Source: Pirellulales bacterium (GTDB lineage Bacteria; Planctomycetota; Planctomycetia; Pirellulales; Pirellulaceae). From it: DNA of 64,000 nucleotides. This document shows positions 30,727-41,743 of the stretch, piece by piece. Location: NCBI GenBank assembly GCA_046349795.1, contig JAXMBP010000023.1, forward strand, positions 4,023 through 68,022, written 5' to 3'. The first letter of the stretch is position 1; each line of letters starts with the position of its first letter. The notes below the pieces were generated by a model that saw nothing but the letters and a program-made list of their open reading frames with translations, had not been told where the DNA came from and searched no databases. A program made the position numbers and the translations under genes.

Positions 30727-31707
30727 CTACTGCAAAAGGTCGCCGCCGATGGGCAAGCCGTCATCGCGGATTGCAGCTTGCCTGTACACATTGATGTCCA
30801 CGTTCTGGCTAACAAATTGAACTGATCCGTCGGCCATACCAAAATGACATCCTCCAGGGTGTTTGCTGCCAAACAATCTACTGACAAAGTTGAAGCAGTC
30901 TGCGATGCCCACTCCACATTCCTTCTGAGCATTAATCTGAAGCACTGCGGCGGCGAAGGTCATCGGTACCGCGAATGAGCTGTCTGCTTTGAGAGAGGAT
31001 GACCAGCCAGCATGAAAACCATCCGAGCGCATGTTTGGCGTTGGCATGTACCTGCTTTCGCCAATCAAGAATGTATTCGTTGTCCCGTCTGTAACCATCG
31101 CGATTCGAGTGCGAGAATTGGCGTAGATGATTCCATTTTGGAAAAAGACGCGTTGACCAGCTTGTGTAAAGCATGGAGCACAACCAACTTGTGGAACGGG
31201 TGTACCACCACCTTGAACACCTAGGTAATTGGAGTTGTTAACCGTGGAGGTTGAGTTCGGATCGGAAGGGCACTGAAACTTGGCCATGTTCAGCGAGAAT
31301 AGATTGCGGTTGGGCAAATCTCCAGGGATGTTCGAAGATCCAGTAAATCGAACTCGGAAGTCAAATTGTTGGTAAAGACTAGATTCCTCCAGGAATGGCA
31401 GAATCAATACCGACCAAGGCGCCTGAGTTCGATCCTGGCCGACTGTGCAGAAATTAGTGTTCGTTGGGGTAACGCCTGGAGCATAGGTCACGATTCCGCC
31501 CGCCGGAAAACACTTAAAGGCACTCTCGTAGTTGTGGCAAGCCAAGGATATCTGCTTGCAATTGTTGGAGCATTGCATACGTCGCGCCGCCTCTCGGGCA
31601 GCCTGCACTGCTGGCAGGAGCAATCCCACTAAAATTCCAATGATGGCAATAACCACTAAAAGTTCGACGAGTGTGAATCCAGTAGACCTTGAGTAACGAG
31701 GTTTCAT
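30727..31707 (-). CDS. DUF1559 family prepilin-like protein
   Basis: GFTLVELLVVIAIIGILVGLLLPAVQAAREAARRMQCSNN; CPSD; DGTTNT; HPGG...MADGSV (H-X9-DG). Confidence 0.96.
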   Translation of the reverse strand: MKPRYSRSTGFTLVELLVVIAIIGILVGLLLPAVQAAREAARRMQCSNNCKQISLACHNYESAFKCFPAGGIVTYAPGVTPTNTNFCTVGQDRTQAPWSVLILPFLEESSLYQQFDFRVRFTGSSNIPGDLPNRNLFSLNMAKFQCPSDPNSTSTVNNSNYLGVQGGGTPVPQVGCAPCFTQAGQRVFFQNGIIYANSRTRIAMVTDGTTNTFLIGESRYMPTPNMRSDGFHAGWSSSLKADSSFAVPMTFAAAVLQINAQKECGVGIADCFNFVSRLFGSKHPGGCHFGMADGSVQFVSQNVDINVYRQAAIRDDGLPIGGDLLQ

Positions 31708-31913
31708 TTTGAATGGGCCTTTGGAAAAGAAAGTACAGAATGACGATACAGTGAATAGCAGGATAAGATAAAAGGTTACCCCTTTAGGCGGTGGTTTATT
31801 GAACTATTTTTCTCATTAAGTGCCGGCGATGTGATTTTGGGGCCTTTGTCAAGGTAACTTTCCTTCTCAATCTGCCATCTCAATTGGTCTCGAATCGAAT
31901 CAAGGGAGAATCC

Positions 31914-32498
31914 ATGAGCAAACTCGGCCCTGGCGATGCCGAAAACGAAGGCGAAATAGATGAGATTGCCGCTAGGGTGAAGCAGGGAGACTTGAGCGCG
32001 TTCGAAGTCATCGTTCGTCGGTACGAGCGACCTTTGCGAACATGGCTCGCAGCTCATTCCCAGCCTGGGATCGATGTCGATGAAGTTGCACAGCGAACCT
32101 TCGTTGCAAGCTACTCAAATCTGAGCAAGTACGAAATCGGCACAAAGTTCTCGGCTTGGTTGTTCACGATCGCTCGATATCAGTTGCAGTCTGAAGTTAC
32201 TAGATTGCGTCGTTTGACCGACTACCACAGTAAGTTTGCACCAGACTTGATGCAGGAATTGACTATCAACGCGGCTGAAGATTCTCTGAGCTTGTGGGAG
32301 GTTCGGCTTGAGCACATGCGAGAGTGCCTCAAACAACTCAGCTCAGGACTGCAGCAGTTCATCAAGTGGCGTTACGAAGAGCAGATTTCAATCGAGCAAA
32401 TTTCGGAGGCTTGTGGACGTTCCCCGGCTGCAGTCAAAAAGCAGTTGTGGTTACTGCGTCAGAAGATTTTCCAGTGTATCCAAGCACGCATGTCTTAG
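31914..32498 (+). CDS. ECF RNA polymerase sigma-70 factor
   Basis: GDLSAFEVIVRRY, DEVAQRTF, FSAWLFTIAR, region 4 helix-turn-helix; GGGAG RBS before ATG 31914. Confidence 0.92.
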   Translation: MSKLGPGDAENEGEIDEIAARVKQGDLSAFEVIVRRYERPLRTWLAAHSQPGIDVDEVAQRTFVASYSNLSKYEIGTKFSAWLFTIARYQLQSEVTRLRRLTDYHSKFAPDLMQELTINAAEDSLSLWEVRLEHMRECLKQLSSGLQQFIKWRYEEQISIEQISEACGRSPAAVKKQLWLLRQKIFQCIQARMS

Positions 32499-32509
32499 AA
32501 TGATGGTGA

Positions 32510-34234
32510 ATGATGAATACACATGAAAGATTCACGGAACTTTGGAGCGCCTATCTTGAAGGCGAACTTGACCAAGTTGGGCTTGAGGAACTGCGGCAGA
32601 TACTGACCGAAAATCCAGATTGCCGCTCACTGGCTATTGGACAGTATCAGGTTCATCGAGCTTTAGGTGTTCTTTCGCTACCAGATCAAGAATTATTCAT
32701 TCGTGAAACGCTCAAGCACGTTCCGAGCAGTTCCGATGAGTTCGTTGCTAATGTCCTCGCCCGAGTCGATTCTGCTTTCGCGAGTTCTCCAAAACCCGCC
32801 CAGCCAAAGTCGACAGTGATCAAGAGCGGATTCGTCGTTGCACTTTTTGCGGTCGTGGCATCGCTGCTGCTTCTGCTCTACTACAAGGATGACCACGTAG
32901 CGAAATCTTCATCACAGATCACCACTGCAGACGCCAAGGTCAGGTTCACACATACTGCTCAAACAAAGTTTCTGGGTGCCTTCGCGCCTGAGATTGGAGC
33001 TGAAGCAGTTGTCAATCACGAGTACATACTGACAAGCGGTTCAATTCAATTGCAGTTTCCAACTGGCGCCGAAGTTATTGTCCAGGGGCCTGCCGTCTTT
33101 CAAATTGCAAGTGATGATCGGTTGAATGTGACAATCGGACGTTGTTCAGTCTATTGTCCTAAAGGTGCTGAGGGATTCGAAGTCGATACCCCGAACGCCA
33201 GAGTCGTCGACCGTGGTACAAGGTTTTTTATCAATGTTGTCGAATCTGCCGCGACGGAAGTGCATGTGGTCGATGGAATAGCCGATGTCCTGCAGAATTC
33301 TAAAGTCGAAGCGCCTTCGAACCGAGTCAAGGACAAGTCGGACACAGCTCAATCAAACATGGTCCGACTCAAGAAGAATGAAGCCAGAACCGTTGAGGGC
33401 AATAGTAAACTAGACTTGCTTCCGACAGATTTTCGATCACAGCTCTACCAATACCGTTTGCCGGATCGCGTCATCTCCTATCAAGGAACTCAAGAGAATG
33501 GTGGAGTGAAATTTCTGACAAGCGTCGATGTTCAACGCGGCGGCGAGATTAAACGGTATCCTGTTCAAGAGCTGATAGCCTCGCGGTTGACTTGGTTCAA
33601 GATCGAGGAAAAGATCGTTGATATGCGGCACTTAGCTGGCGAACCAGAAATGCCAGACAATAGACTGGACGTAATGCTAGACCTCGCGCTCAACACCGGA
33701 GCGATCAATCCTGGTGGCTCCGTCGAACCCTATTCTGGCGATCCTGTTTTCCCTGAATCCAGCCACGGCGAACAGGCGACCACACCTGGATTCGCAATCG
33801 AGTTTGTATCTCCAGTCATCAATAGCGCTGGCCCTGATGTTGTGTTTTTTGAATTGCAAAGTGTGACTGGCGCGCCTGATGGAGATCCATTCCATGTCCT
33901 TCCACTGAAGAAACTTGGAAAGAGGCGGTCTATCACCATCCAATCCTACGATCTAACTTTGACATCACCGGAGTCTCAGCGGCCCGCTAACTTTTACCTG
34001 TTTGAGTTCGATCGCTCGGTTGATTCACTAGATATTCTAGAATCAGCACCTTGTCGAGTTCTTGCTAGGCCCCAAGGTTCAGCGGGCTATCGGGTGATCG
34101 CAGTTGCAATCGATCTTTCGGCCATGGGCTTCGAAGAAGGCGAAGCCGTCGAGGGTCTGTTTTTCCAAGATAGCCTGGACGATCAAAATCACATCGATCC
34201 TGTAGCCATTCTCGGTTTGCCATCTACCAAGTAA
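32510..34234 (+). CDS. FecR-domain anti-sigma factor
   Basis: N-terminal AYLEGEL anti-sigma motif, single TM, FecR core GFEVDTPNARVVDRGTRF...TEVHVVDG. Confidence 0.88.
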   Translation: MMNTHERFTELWSAYLEGELDQVGLEELRQILTENPDCRSLAIGQYQVHRALGVLSLPDQELFIRETLKHVPSSSDEFVANVLARVDSAFASSPKPAQPKSTVIKSGFVVALFAVVASLLLLLYYKDDHVAKSSSQITTADAKVRFTHTAQTKFLGAFAPEIGAEAVVNHEYILTSGSIQLQFPTGAEVIVQGPAVFQIASDDRLNVTIGRCSVYCPKGAEGFEVDTPNARVVDRGTRFFINVVESAATEVHVVDGIADVLQNSKVEAPSNRVKDKSDTAQSNMVRLKKNEARTVEGNSKLDLLPTDFRSQLYQYRLPDRVISYQGTQENGGVKFLTSVDVQRGGEIKRYPVQELIASRLTWFKIEEKIVDMRHLAGEPEMPDNRLDVMLDLALNTGAINPGGSVEPYSGDPVFPESSHGEQATTPGFAIEFVSPVINSAGPDVVFFELQSVTGAPDGDPFHVLPLKKLGKRRSITIQSYDLTLTSPESQRPANFYLFEFDRSVDSLDILESAPCRVLARPQGSAGYRVIAVAIDLSAMGFEEGEAVEGLFFQDSLDDQNHIDPVAILGLPSTK

Positions 34235-34515
34235 GAACAGTGCGGGACGTCCCTAATCGCAACGTTGTTTGCATCTTTAGGAAGGGTAATTGTGGCTTTG
34301 GGACCCTCCCATACTTGAAAGCAGCCACAGCCGTTTTTTCATTTAGTGGGAGGTTGGCAAGCGAGTCCAAGGGAGTTTTGCCGGTCTTGCCGGTAGGGCG
34401 AAACGGTCGATCATCGAAACAGCAATTGTTGGTCGCCATGCTCGGAAAGCTTGAAAGCTCGCAATGCTCGCCAGGCGTGCATATATTGAATCAAAGTCTT
34501 ACAGCCATTCGTGCC

Positions 34516-34953
34516 CTAAAACTCTGGCCACTCGATCTGGTTGGTCTCCACCCAATCAATTCGCTGTGACGGCTGGTGTGGATTTTTAATGAAGTCTTCA
34601 TAGGTTCAAACGTACGTTCAGGGCGGCAAGAAGCAGCCGATGGGATAGTTGATCTCGTCTAACTCATCAACCTGAAATCGCATCTTTGTTTTGCAAACTA
34701 TAAAGACTTCACTGTTCTCAATGCCGGAAGCGACTTTTCCGAAAAACTGCAGCAGGAATCCAAGGCCAGATCGATGCTCGATCAGTAGCTGAAAAAGACT
34801 ATCTTCAGTCGAATATTGGATAAGCCCAAATTTCAGGCCTCCCCATAAGTCTTGGTCATAGTCGGCAAACATTCGATCGAGCCTGGCCAGATCAAATTCG
34901 TTGCCGCGTTGAAACCAATTGGACCCGACAAATTCCCCCATCGCAATTTCCAA
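34516..34953 (-). CDS. Imm1-like immunity protein (orphan), indel near 3' end
   Basis: YPIGCFLPP then, after a shift, YEDFIKNPHQPSQRIDWVETNQIEWPEF*. This resembles the Imm1 C-terminal P..F.P...A..F....P...W pattern. Confidence 0.45.
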
Positions 34954-35055
34954 TCTATTAATTCATGGAAAAGACCTAACGACAACTACAGAGTCTTGGA
35001 ATTCCGTCGGAAACAGGAGCGACAGTCGGAAACAGGGACGACACAGAGAGATCGT

Positions 35056-35645
35056 TTACTGCAAAGCTTTATCCAAGTTCTTCCATCCTTCTTCGTTTTT
35101 GGCTTTCGACAATCTGTACGAGCCGGCCTTCATCGTCGATGAGCAACAAAGTTGGGAAGCCAAATGAGCCAAATGGCATGAGCAGCGTTAGTTCAATAGT
35201 ATCTTGCTCGATTGATCGACGTAGACGGGCCACTGAAGCTGATTCTTTTGAAGGAACTGCTCGACTTCGCCTCGTAGCGATTCAACGACCAAGCCTCCCT
35301 GCTCGGCAAATGCGACCGTCGAAAGCTTCCATTCGATGCGTGCCCAAAACTGATTCAACCTTCGAGGTTCTTTCGCAAGACTTGCTGGTTGGAGCCCATA
35401 GCAGCAAGCAAGGTCTTTTTTCCAATGAGATCGTTGGTTGACAATGTTTTCGGAGCGTTAACAACCGGATCAAGCGTTACGGCTGGAACCAGCTTGTTTT
35501 GTATCTTGGCTGGTGGTCTTGAGCCCAACCACGCCAGTACCAAGATGCCGGTGATCATGAAGGAGCCGCAAACAATCAGAAATGCATACGAGGCACTCGG
35601 CTTTCGAGTTTGATTGGCGTTTACCACTTCTTTCGGTTCGTTCAT
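35056..35645 (-). CDS. Membrane-anchored TlpA/redoxin-like thioredoxin-fold protein, broken by indels
   Basis: TM anchor, DLIGKKTLL, LLLWAPTSKSCE (SxxC where CxxC is usual), and C-terminal FGFPTLLLIDDEGRLV, in different frames. Confidence 0.6.
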
Positions 35646-35767
35646 GGAAGTCTACGCTTTTGGAGGATTTGTACAGCACCTTATTGTAGGCCTCCTGCAA
35701 GCACTGACCACCTGTGTTTTGCCGAGCTTCACGAGCAGAGAAATCCATGCTCCATGCTCATTGGTAC

Positions 35768-37302
35768 TTAGCTTCGAATGATCTCATGGATTAAGTTGCC
35801 ATGAACATCGGTCAGTCTTCGATCAATACCGTTATGTCGGAAGGTCAACTTTCGATGGTCTGGCTCAACAAATGCAAAATTGTCGCATGGACATCATACA
35901 CCTGTGTGGGCTTGGTCCGATCCAGCGGCTTGTAGCCCCATTGATCGCTTGGCCCGTAGCTGACTCCGCCTTGGATGCCTCCACCACAAAGCCAGTTGGT
36001 AAAGACGAACGGATTGTGATCTCGACCTTTACCAGCTTGAGTCGAAGGCAGTCGTCCAAACTCAGTGGTCCAAAACACAACGTGTCCTCAAGCAAGCCGC
36101 TCTGCTTAAGATCTTGAATCAAAGCTGCTGCTCCTCGAGCCATACCGCGCCAAAGGGCCGTGATCACGCTCGACATCCTCGTGCGAGTCCCAATTGCGTC
36201 GCGGAAATCCATTGTCGTTGCCTGACCAGACTTGAACAAATCGAACTCCGCGCTCCAGCAACCGTCGAGCAACCAAGCACCTTCGCCGAAGTAATCCATC
36301 TCTTCCTCGGGATTAATTTCCACTCGGCCAAGCCATACCGTTTTCGCCGAATGCCATACATGTCCAAAATGTGTTTCGGCTCTTTCGAAATGTCTAACGC
36401 CTCCGGCGCAGCAAGTTGCATTCTCGCCGCCAACTCGTAAGTGCGAATCCGTGACTCCAATCGTTCGTCCAACGGATGTTGCTGAGCATGTTGAGCGTTT
36501 AACTTGGCTAATAAATCGCCGCCGACAGAGTTGCTTGATGATGTTACGTAAGTTCCGGTCTGATGAGGAAACAGATCTTCGATAGGCACATTGCGATTCG
36601 GGAAGACGATTGTTCCAGAGTGTTGTGAGGGCAAGAAAGCAGCATCCCAATTCTTAGCCCCATTGATGCGAAGCCTCGGTGATCGGGAAGTACGACGAAG
36701 GTGGGTAAGTTTTCCGAGTCACTTCCTAATCCATAACTAACCCAACAACCCATTCCAGGAAATCCAGGCAGCGAGAAGCCGGTGGTTTGTAACAGCGTGG
36801 CCGTACTATGAACGCCCGACTTGCCAACCATGTTGTGAATGAAGGCCATATCATCCACGCACTTACCAAGGTCTGCGACCACTTCACTCAAGTGCTTGCC
36901 GCATTTGCCAAACTGGTTGAACTCCCAAACAGGTTTCTTCCAAGGTCCAAGTCCATCCTGAAAGGCTTCGATCGGTTCACCAAAGTCAGCGGGCTTGCCA
37001 TGATGTTTGATCAGATCGGGCTTGAAATCAAACAGATCGATATGACTGGCAGCTCCAGCCATGAAGAGCTGAATGACTCGCTTCGCCTTAGGCTTGAAAT
37101 CGAACGCTCGACCACTTGCGGCCGTTTGATCACTTGCCTTCGAGTCATCCAAGCTAGCGTGAGCTTGAGCGTCTTGATTCAACATCGCCCCAAGGACTAA
37201 CGTTCCAAAACCGCAGCCTAGCCCGGCCAGCAGATCTCTACGCGACAACTCTGCGACTGGTGAAGTTGTGTTCAATTGAGAGTCTCTCTGTTTACGTCGC
37301 AT
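35768..37302 (-). CDS. DUF1501 family protein (Tat signal), 3' half broken by indels
   Basis: SRRDLL; [21 protein letters not shown]; [16 protein letters not shown]; WTTEFGRLP; GRDHNP; RLTDVHG at the C-terminus. Confidence 0.88.
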
Positions 37303-37306
37303 TGCT

Positions 37307-40300
37307 TTACTCCACAAAAGTGAATTCGCTGAGGTTGAACAGTAAGCGACACAAGTTCTCCAGACCATGTTGCTGAGCATACTCGGTCATCGACTCAAGC
37401 TCCTCGCGCCGAGGCACACGGCCCGTAACCTCTTCAAAGGCTCGCTTAACTATACTCTCGAGGATCGCAGGCTCCGATGATGTGCTACTTGCTTTCAGCT
37501 TGTTCGCAAAGTAACGACTGTGCACTGTCACGAGTCCATTGTTGAGCAACGTTAATGCTTGAAGCGGAGACTGAACCTGATTGCGGGTTGCCACTTGAAT
37601 GGATGGATCCGCGCAGTCAAGTGTATTGAGGAAGGGTTGCAGTTGGGATCGAACGGTGAATCGATAGACGGTCCTACGATGCGTTGCAGGATTTTCGAAG
37701 TCGAGTAGATCATAACGATAATGAGGTGAATGCTCGGGCTTCTCCAAGACGAACTCTTCGAAGCCTGGACCGCCCATCTTGAGGTCCAGCTTGCCGCTGA
37801 TTGCTAGAATGCTATCGCGTATCGATTCGGCATCCAACTTACGTCGATTGGCTCGCCAAAGCAAACGGTTTTCGGCATCGTTATTGGTGCAGCGTTGCAA
37901 GATCGCTTGGTCTGTTGGGCCATCACAGCTTTGACGATAGACCTGGCTAGTCACAATCAATCGATGCAGTGACTTTAGCGACTGACCTTGGTCACGAAAC
38001 TGAACCGCCAGCCAATCCAACAATTCAGGGTGACTTGGTAGACCTCCCATTTTTCCAAGGTCATTGGGTGTATCGACAATGCCAGAGCCGAAATGGTACT
38101 GCCAAACTCGATTGACCACGCTACGCCAAGTAAAGGAGTTGTCAACGCTGGAAAGCCATCCTGCGAGAGCGGCTCGTCGGTCGGATTCTCGCTGCAAATC
38201 ACAGTTGAGATCTGCCGATAGATTTTTGATCATTGCTAATGCTGCCGGATCGACGCGATCTTTGGGTGACGTTACCTCGCCGCGATGCAGAACGAAAATC
38301 TCTCTCGGCTTACCGCCAGCCGATCCTGTACCTTGGAAAGCTCCCGATCCAAAGTGAACCGTTCCAGCATAAATCTGTTTGGGCTTGGGAAACTCACGAA
38401 TTCGCTTTTCAAGATTGCTTCGGTCTTTTTCCCGGGCAATCAGTTGCTCGTATTTGGAATCGCCTAACAGTTCTCGTCGAAGTAATTCCCGTTCTGCTAG
38501 CAGCCTCTCCCGAGATTGAACAGACTGCGCGGTGCGAGGAAATACCCCATCGATCAAATTTGCTTTTCGCCAGCGCGGTGGAGCTTCAATCGAATCCAAG
38601 CTTTGAACTTCGGCATCTTGAGCGACGTTAGTTCCCTGTGAGTCAAAGATCTCCACTTCAGCCAGCGCGAAACAGAAATCCTCAGGCAGTCGTTTGGCTA
38701 AACGAGTTGCCACAATGCGCAGATGCGATAGCGATTGGCCTTTGCAATTAATAACGATTGACTGGCTAGGCTCGCGCTTGTCCTGATTGGACTCTTTCGA
38801 CCACTTCGCCAAAGGTTGGAAGTTGAGTTGACCAGCGACCGAGCCTGATTTCTGATTGGAGTTGTTCGCCGCGTCTGCTTTGCCCACAGCCGAAAGTAAC
38901 TCAAGTGATGGTGGCAATCCAAAATCGGCTCCGATGTTCGCGAACTGGTCGAAGGCCGGATGAAGCACTACTCGATTAACTCGAGTTTCATGCTTGAGGT
39001 CGATTTGAATCCATTTGACCACTTCTGCGGATGATTCCAAGTTGCTGTGATAACCAAATGCTTCGCTGACGTTCAGGTTATTGTTGCTGCCAGAATCTTT
39101 TAAACGATCAACCAGCGTCTTCCAACGATCTCCGCCCAACTTGGTCAGCTCGCCGTCGATTGTAGCAATTTGCGAATCGAGCAATTTCTTTTCAGCGTTC
39201 ACTTTCGCAAACTGTCGCGTTAGCTCGGGATCATCGAAGTAGGACTTGTCCGCGCGATCGATGGCGGCGAAGACCGCTTGCAGTTGGTAGTACTCGCGTT
39301 GGCTGATCGGATCAAACTTGTGATCGTGGCATTGTGCACAACCAACGGTCAAGCTCATGAAAGATTGAACGACAGTTCGCACCATGTCGTCACGGTCAAG
39401 GTGCCTAGCGATCTTGCCATCGATCTTGGTCTCTGGAACTTCCGCATGTCCTACGAAGTCCCACGGGCCGGCTGACAGGAAGCCCAAGGCCTCGGTCCAT
39501 CCACTGGAGTCAGGAAACAGCTCATCGCCTGCGACCTGTTCTTGAATGAAGCGGCTCTACACGGTTTCTCCGAGTTGAAGGATCGAATGACGTAATCGCC
39601 GATAGGGCCAAGCGTTTGGGCGTGGCTTGTCCTTATCGTAGCCGTGAGTGTCGGCGTAGTGAGACACATCCAACCAATGCCTAGCCCAACGCTCACCATA
39701 GCGAGGCGAGCTAAGCAAGTCATCGATTAGTTTATCATAGGCCCTTGGATCGCTGTCGGATTCGAGGAACTTTGCAATCTGCTCGGGTGTTGGAGGTAGC
39801 CCAATTAGATCGTAGTACAAGCGACGGATGAGCACTCGTCGATTAGCTTCCGGCGAACAGCTTAGTCTTTCGCGAGACAATCGGCTCAGAATGAACGCGT
39901 CGATAGGATTTTCTGATTGCATTAAACCACTGGATTTTGCCTCCTGTCTGGCCGCGTCTAAGTAACTCGTTGCAATCGCAGGTGTAGGAAGGGGCTGTAA
40001 CGACCACCAATTGAGATCAATCTTGCGAGGCGGTTGCAAATGCAAACCATCAGGCCACTTGGCTCCAGCTTTTATCCAATCCGTCAACGTAGCGACATCT
40101 TCAGCCGACAATGCCGAGGCCTCTTTGGGCATTTCCGCCATGCCATCTACTGGAGTAATCAACTCAAGAAACTGCTTTGCATTCCATCCATTTTCCTGCG
40201 CAGGATTCATCGCCAGCGAAAGTTCGCCAGCTTTATCTGCATCGTTGTGACAGCGCAAGCAATGGGATTCGAGCACTTTGGCGGCTCGATCGTTCAATTC

Positions 40301-40390
40301 ATCGGCGGCCAGTTCACTTGAACAAGCCTTTGGACTGAGACTTGCCAAAAGGATCGTGATGCATGTGATACAGTAGCAGACGGTTTTCAT
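37307..40390 (-). CDS. Planctomycete cytochrome c (PSCyt1) + DUF1549/DUF1553 (PSD1) protein with discoidin-like insert; indels at ~39490-39600
   Basis: CLRCH; NPIDAFIL; LIRRLYYDLIGLPPT; YGERWARHWLD; CAQCHDHKFDPI; VNRVWQYHFG; PSHPELLDWLA; PLQALTLLN. Confidence 0.9.
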
Positions 40391-40611
40391 CGATTGCTCT
40401 TTTTGAAATGGACTGGCGGGATGTTTGCGTCCATCTTTACGCGGGGGAGTTTATTCTAATCGAACTTAGTGAGCTCGGGCATTTCGAATTCCGAATCGAA
40501 TCGTAAGAAACCTCTTTCATTAGCTTCTACGGCCAAGTATTTATTCTCACTAGAGTAAGTAGGCCGGGAGTCCAGTTTTGCTCGGTCAGTCATTCTCGCT
40601 ATAATGTCGAC

Positions 40612-41249
40612 ATGGAATATCCCAAACCAACATCACCTAAAACTCCTATGCTTGCCCGCGAAGAATCCGTCAACGAGACCTTGTCCGTTTTTGAAAGGAT
40701 GTTTCGAGCCGTGGAACTTGTAAAAGAAAGATTGGAGCGCGCGTGCGGTTCGCTGTCGGCTGCAAATGTCCCTTACGCTGTCATCGGTGGAAACGCTGTC
40801 GCCGCCTGGGTGGCAACTATTGATGACGGAGCTGTTCGCAATACTCGCGACGTCGATCTATTGCTGCGTGAAGAGGATTTAGAGCGAGCAACGGAAGCTT
40901 TGGCCTCGGTTGGTTTTGTTCGAGATCGAGTTATGAATGTGATCGTGTTCCTGGATGGTCCTGAGGGAAAGCCAAGTCAGGGAATTCACATTTTGTTGGC
41001 CGACCGAAAAGTGCGTGACGACTACGCCTCGTTCACTCCAAGTGTTGATCAAGCAATTGACATGGACGGCAAGAAGATTGTTTCACTTCAAGCCCTGGTG
41101 GAGATGAAGCTAAACAGTTTTCGCCGCAAGGATCAGACCCACTTAGTTGACATGATTCAGCTAGGTCTCATCGATCAAAGCTGGCCGAGCCGCTTTCCAA
41201 AACAACTCGGCGACAGACTGCAGAGTTGCTCGACAACCCAGAAGACTAG
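40612..41249 (+). CDS. Nucleotidyltransferase-family protein
   Basis: YAVIGGNAVAAW...RNTRDVDLLL, LVEMKL..FRRKD. The natural end ELLDNPED* (TAG 41247-41249) is in another frame, implying a late indel. Confidence 0.75.
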
Positions 41250-41743
41250 GACTTCAAAACTCCGAACGAGTAACAACAGCCGTTAGATCAATTTTCGAAA
41301 GGGTGACGCAGCAGGGACGAGCGGGCGGGAGGGAGCGAACGGAATGCTTCCATTTTTTACATTGCGACAGCCGAAGGAGTACGCTCAAGAAGCTTTGATG
41401 TGCCAAAGTCTTGCTCTGCGGCGAAACGGATCGTTTGGGTTAGGCAGGAATCAACCGCCACCTGCTCAGACGCGGGCTCTCGACACCCCTGTTTTCCCTC
41501 CCCGCAAGAGCTGCCATTACTCGCATTGCTCGCTTTGCGACCCTACCCGCGAACAAAATTGAACGGTCGTTAGCCGTCTACAGCGCGAGAGGGTTCGTGT
41601 ACCGGCGCAGCGTAAAGTGTCCCTTTTGTCGCTGAATTGACAAATAAGTTGAATTTCAGAACAACTCGTTGGCGCATTCCCAAATAAATTGCGGTGGCTG
41701 CAAGGACGAGCAAATTTTCTCAATTCGCTAACTGCATATCTCA

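Noticed and set aside
35865-36650. Independent 261-aa and 156-aa genes
   Set aside because: They are frame fragments of a single DUF1501 gene broken by indels.
40612-41286. MNT-HEPN or AbiE toxin-antitoxin pair
   Set aside because: No adjacent HEPN or antitoxin ORF; the nucleotidyltransferase appears solitary.
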